Shown one piece after another: positions 60,732 through 64,000 of a stretch of DNA of 64,000 bases; within the stretch, counting starts at the first letter, position 1; every line of letters begins with the position of its first letter. The position numbers and the translations under genes were made by a program. The stretch covers positions 20,857 through 84,856 of the forward strand of contig CALCDZ010000004.1 of assembly GCA_937900255.1 (NCBI GenBank), read 5' to 3'. This DNA comes from an uncultured bacterium. Its GTDB lineage: Bacteria > Patescibacteriota > Patescibacteriia > SG8-24 > DYFX01. A model generated the notes under the pieces. It was not told where the DNA came from. It did no database searches and saw nothing but the letters and a program-made list of their open reading frames with translations.

Positions 60732-63700
60732 ATGATGCCGTCCTTCCGCCGACATCGCGCATGGATCATCGGGCTGGCGCTCTTCGCGTCCTGCTTCTGG
60801 TTCCTGGCGGCGCACGGCGTCCATGCTCAAGGCGTGACGTCCAACGAACTGCTCCCGACATCGGTCGGCACGGCGATCGGTACCGGAACGACCGATATCC
60901 GCATCACGATCGCGCGTGTCATCCGCGTGGCGCTCGGCCTTCTCGGGACCGTCGCCCTGCTGCTCGTCCTGTATGCCGGCTTCCTCTGGATGACGGCTTC
61001 GGGGGATGAGGACAAGATCGCGCGCGCCAAGAAGACGCTCACCGGGGCGGTCATCGGGCTCGCGATCATCCTGTCGGCGTTCGCCATCACCCAGTTCGTG
61101 CTGAATGCGCTCGTATCCGCCACGACCCAGGGCGAAGTCACGGGCCCGGGCGGTGGCGGCGGGGGAGGAGGCCTCGGTGGCGGCGGAAACGGCGGGGCTT
61201 TCCGGCCGACCGGCATCCAGCCGAAGGGTTCGTTGCGCAAATACGACGTGGTCGCGTCCGTGACGTTCAATGCCGCTCCGACCGGGGATGCGGCCAACAT
61301 CAAGGCGAATGTCCTGCTCGAGAAGGTCGCCGGCGGCGCGCGGACGCCGGTCGATTACGATCCGATCGTCCAGAACGATACGATCCGCCTCCAACCCGTC
61401 CAGGCCTGCCCTCCTCCGAACGGAGGCAAGCGTTGCCTTGAACCGAACCAGGAATACCAGGTCACGGTCCGGGCCGGTCTCAAGAACGCCTCATCTTCCG
61501 ACCCACGCACCGTCAATTGCGGCATCGGCGCGAACTGCACGCAGGCGTTCAAGACGGGTTCGGTCGTCGGCACCGGATCCCCGACGGTCTCGATCGCTTC
61601 TCCTCTCGATGGCGCGTCCGTCCCGGCCGGAGACCTGATCGCGCTGCAATCGATTTCCACCGATCAGGATGGCATCGCCACCGTCGAATATTCGGCCGAC
61701 GGCGCCTTTTTCGCTTCCGACGGCGCCGCGCAGCGCGTGGCGGCTTCCACGTATTCAAGCCAAGTCTTTTGGGATGACGCCGCTTTCGTTCCGGTCAAGA
61801 GAGTCACGCTCACGGCGCGCGCGACCAATATCGACGGGGACTCGGCGGATTCGGCGCCCGTACATGTGACCGTACGCCCTGCCGCCTGTTTCGATCACGT
61901 GAAGGACGGCGACGAGGTCGGCGTCGATTGCGGCGGCTCTTGCGGCGCCTGCACGGGTGCGGCCTGCACGTCGGACGCCAGCTGCAGTTCCGGCCAGTGC
62001 CGGAACGGGGTATGCGTGGAGAACCCGCAGATCACGGACGTGCAGTTGCGCGACGGGAAACCCGGTAATCTCGTGACGATCACGGGGCTTCATTTCGGAT
62101 CGCAGCCGGGCACGGTCACTTTCCTCGGGGCGTCGGCGGCAGGGGATGAGAAGTCGGCCCCCCTGGCCTCGTGCGGCGGCGCGTGGTCCGATACGCGTGT
62201 CGTCATCGCCGTCCCGTCCGGTGCCGTCACCGGACCGATCCAGGTAGCGGTCGCCGGCGGAGCGAAGAAGGACGCAACGAACGACGCGTTTGGACCGATC
62301 ATCGCCGATTTCCAAGTCAATGACACGGCGCGTCCCGGCATCTGTTCCGTCGCGCCGGCAAGCGTGAAGACGGGGCTGCCCATGACCGTGACCGGCCTCG
62401 CGTTCGGCGCGGCGCAAGGCGATTCCCGCATCCAGCTCGCGCGCGCAGCTTCCGACTGCAGCCAGATCCAGGATTGGTCCAGTGCGGCAGAAGTCCCGCA
62501 GGTCCCGTCATGGTCCGACACCTCCGTGCGTCCGGTCATGCCGAACGTGGATACGGGTTCGGACGGGGCGCAGTACCTGATGCGCGTGACGGTCGGCGGC
62601 CAGCCCTCGAACGTCGCCTGCGTGCGCGCCGAACCGCCGTCGGCCGGCACGGAACCGCATATCGATCTCATCACTCCGGATTCGGGGTCCGTCGGGACGT
62701 ACGTTTCGCTGCTCGGTTCGAATTTCGGCACGGGCGGCACCGTCCGTTTCAGGAACGCGGCAGGCGAGGCGATCGGGGACGTCAGTTTCCCCGCCCAGTG
62801 CGCGGCCGGCTATTGGACCGATTCCAGCGTGACCGTCAAGGTTCCCGCCAAGTTCACGACGCCGGCCGATACGCCCGTCGCGTTGAATCCGCCGTACGAC
62901 GTGACGGTCGTGCGTTCCGATGGCCGCAGTTCCAACGCGCGCCCGTTCGTCATCGACACCGCTCCCGTGCCTCCCGGCATCTGCCGCATCGACCCAGACA
63001 ACGGCCCGGCCGGAAGCGCCGTCACGCTGTATGGAGAGAATTTCGGCGACATCGCGGCGAACGACCTGCCCTCCTTCTCCGCACTGCATCCTGACGCGGT
63101 CAGTTTTCATGACCATAAGCCTGCCTCGTCGATCGGCCAATGGGGATCTTCCGGCATCAAGGCCGTCGTCCCTGACGGCGCGTTGACCGGGCCCGCCGTC
63201 ATCAAGACCTATTCCGGAAGCGCCGCTTTGGCTTCGAACGGCATCAATTTCCGCGTCAGCGATTGCCGCCAAGCGGGCGGAGACGCGGCGTGCGGAAACG
63301 GACGCGCTTGCTGCGGGGACGGGTCTTGCCGCGCCTCGTGCGGCGGCTCGTCGGCGATCGGCGGATACGCCTGGAAGTTCTCGACCGGACCGATTCCCGT
63401 CTTCCCCGTCGTGATCGAGAACGCGACGTGCCAAGTCTCGGCTCCGACTTCGATGCCGAGCCCTAACCCGTTCAAATCGGCGCAGGACGTCTGCACCGAC
63501 ATTGGCGCGATCGCGGTGCGCTTCAGCCTGCCGATGGATCCCGCGACGTTCCACAGCGGCAACGTCGTGCTGGAATCTTGCGGCACCGGGACGTCCGTTT
63601 CCGGGACGTGCACGACCGTGGCCGGCGTCGGCACGCCATCGGCCGTCCCATACGACCCGGAAGGGCGTACCGAGCTCAAGCTCCCGATCGGGGGCTTGCA

Positions 63701-64000
63701 GCCCGGCACGTGGTATCGGCTGACGCTGAAGGATCGCATCCTGAGTCTCGGATCGCCTGATCGCGCGGCGCAGCCGCTCGATGGGAACTCCGACGGCAAG
63801 GCCGGAGGTGCCTACGTCACGACTTTCAAGACCGGCAGCGCGCCCTGCGCGCTCTCCGGCGTGCACGTCGATCCGGCCAGCGGCCTCATTTCCGCCGCCG
63901 ATGCGCAGGAGGCGTACGCGGCGTTCCCGCTCTCGAACCGTTGCATCATCCTCTCTTGCGCCGGGCGTTCCGTCTCCTGGTCCTCTTCCGACACGTCGAA
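60732..64000 (+). CDS. Giant surface protein: pilin-like N-terminus, Ig-like, Cys-rich and IPT/TIG repeats (3' truncated)
   Basis: Absent from the ORF track, consistent with no stop before the window end; MMPSFRRH..., poly-Gly linker, CFDHVKDGDEVGVDCGGSC, repeated G..VTI.G..FG..WSDT units. Confidence 0.85.
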   Translation, partial: MMPSFRRHRAWIIGLALFASCFWFLAAHGVHAQGVTSNELLPTSVGTAIGTGTTDIRITIARVIRVALGLLGTVALLLVLYAGFLWMTASGDEDKIARAKKTLTGAVIGLAIILSAFAITQFVLNALVSATTQGEVTGPGGGGGGGGLGGGGNGGAFRPTGIQPKGSLRKYDVVASVTFNAAPTGDAANIKANVLLEKVAGGARTPVDYDPIVQNDTIRLQPVQACPPPNGGKRCLEPNQEYQVTVRAGLKNASSSDPRTVNCGIGANCTQAFKTGSVVGTGSPTVSIASPLDGASVPAGDLIALQSISTDQDGIATVEYSADGAFFASDGAAQRVAASTYSSQVFWDDAAFVPVKRVTLTARATNIDGDSADSAPVHVTVRPAACFDHVKDGDEVGVDCGGSCGACTGAACTSDASCSSGQCRNGVCVENPQITDVQLRDGKPGNLVTITGLHFGSQPGTVTFLGASAAGDEKSAPLASCGGAWSDTRVVIAVPSGAVTGPIQVAVAGGAKKDATNDAFGPIIADFQVNDTARPGICSVAPASVKTGLPMTVTGLAFGAAQGDSRIQLARAASDCSQIQDWSSAAEVPQVPSWSDTSVRPVMPNVDTGSDGAQYLMRVTVGGQPSNVACVRAEPPSAGTEPHIDLITPDSGSVGTYVSLLGSNFGTGGTVRFRNAAGEAIGDVSFPAQCAAGYWTDSSVTVKVPAKFTTPADTPVALNPPYDVTVVRSDGRSSNARPFVIDTAPVPPGICRIDPDNGPAGSAVTLYGENFGDIAANDLPSFSALHPDAVSFHDHKPASSIGQWGSSGIKAVVPDGALTGPAVIKTYSGSAALASNGINFRVSDCRQAGGDAACGNGRACCGDGSCRASCGGSSAIGGYAWKFSTGPIPVFPVVIENATCQVSAPTSMPSPNPFKSAQDVCTDIGAIAVRFSLPMDPATFHSGNVVLESCGTGTSVSGTCTTVAGVGTPSAVPYDPEGRTELKLPIGGLQPGTWYRLTLKDRILSLGSPDRAAQPLDGNSDGKAGGAYVTTFKTGSAPCALSGVHVDPASGLISAADAQEAYAAFPLSNRCIILSCAGRSVSWSSSDTS
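60945..61024 (+). repeat. 80-bp exact direct repeat, copy 2
   Basis: Identical to 59181-59260. Confidence 0.9.

Noticed and set aside
61148-61196. G-rich tract as a G-quadruplex or contingency repeat
   Set aside because: Explained by a poly-Gly linker with mixed codons

Overview
GC-rich chromosomal window, most likely from a Patescibacteria (CPR) bacterium of the Uhrbacteria/ABY1 type. This is inferred from the missing rpmD, split comEC, short AspRS and RelA, and pilin-headed giant Ig/IPT proteins. It holds the end of leuS, the str/S10/spc ribosomal cluster through secY-adk-map, asnS, aspS, hisS, scpAB, parAB, topA, dprA, der, pth, rpsU, five tRNAs and scattered accessory genes. I saw no CRISPR array, transposase, integrase or prophage. 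Most notable observations: (1) a presenilin/SPP-type GxGD intramembrane protease inserted between secY and adk and translationally coupled to an adenylate kinase with a C-terminal transmembrane anchor, a candidate protease-substrate system; (2) an unusual translation-initiation pattern, with U at -1 in 24 of 24 ribosomal-cluster core genes that lack strong SD motifs, many near-leaderless genes, and an extended SD only on rpsU among r-protein genes; (3) two unannotated structured RNAs, a 234-nt RNA with its own promoter after ndk and a ~290-nt element between rpsJ and rplC. All calls come from reading motifs by eye; no searches were run.
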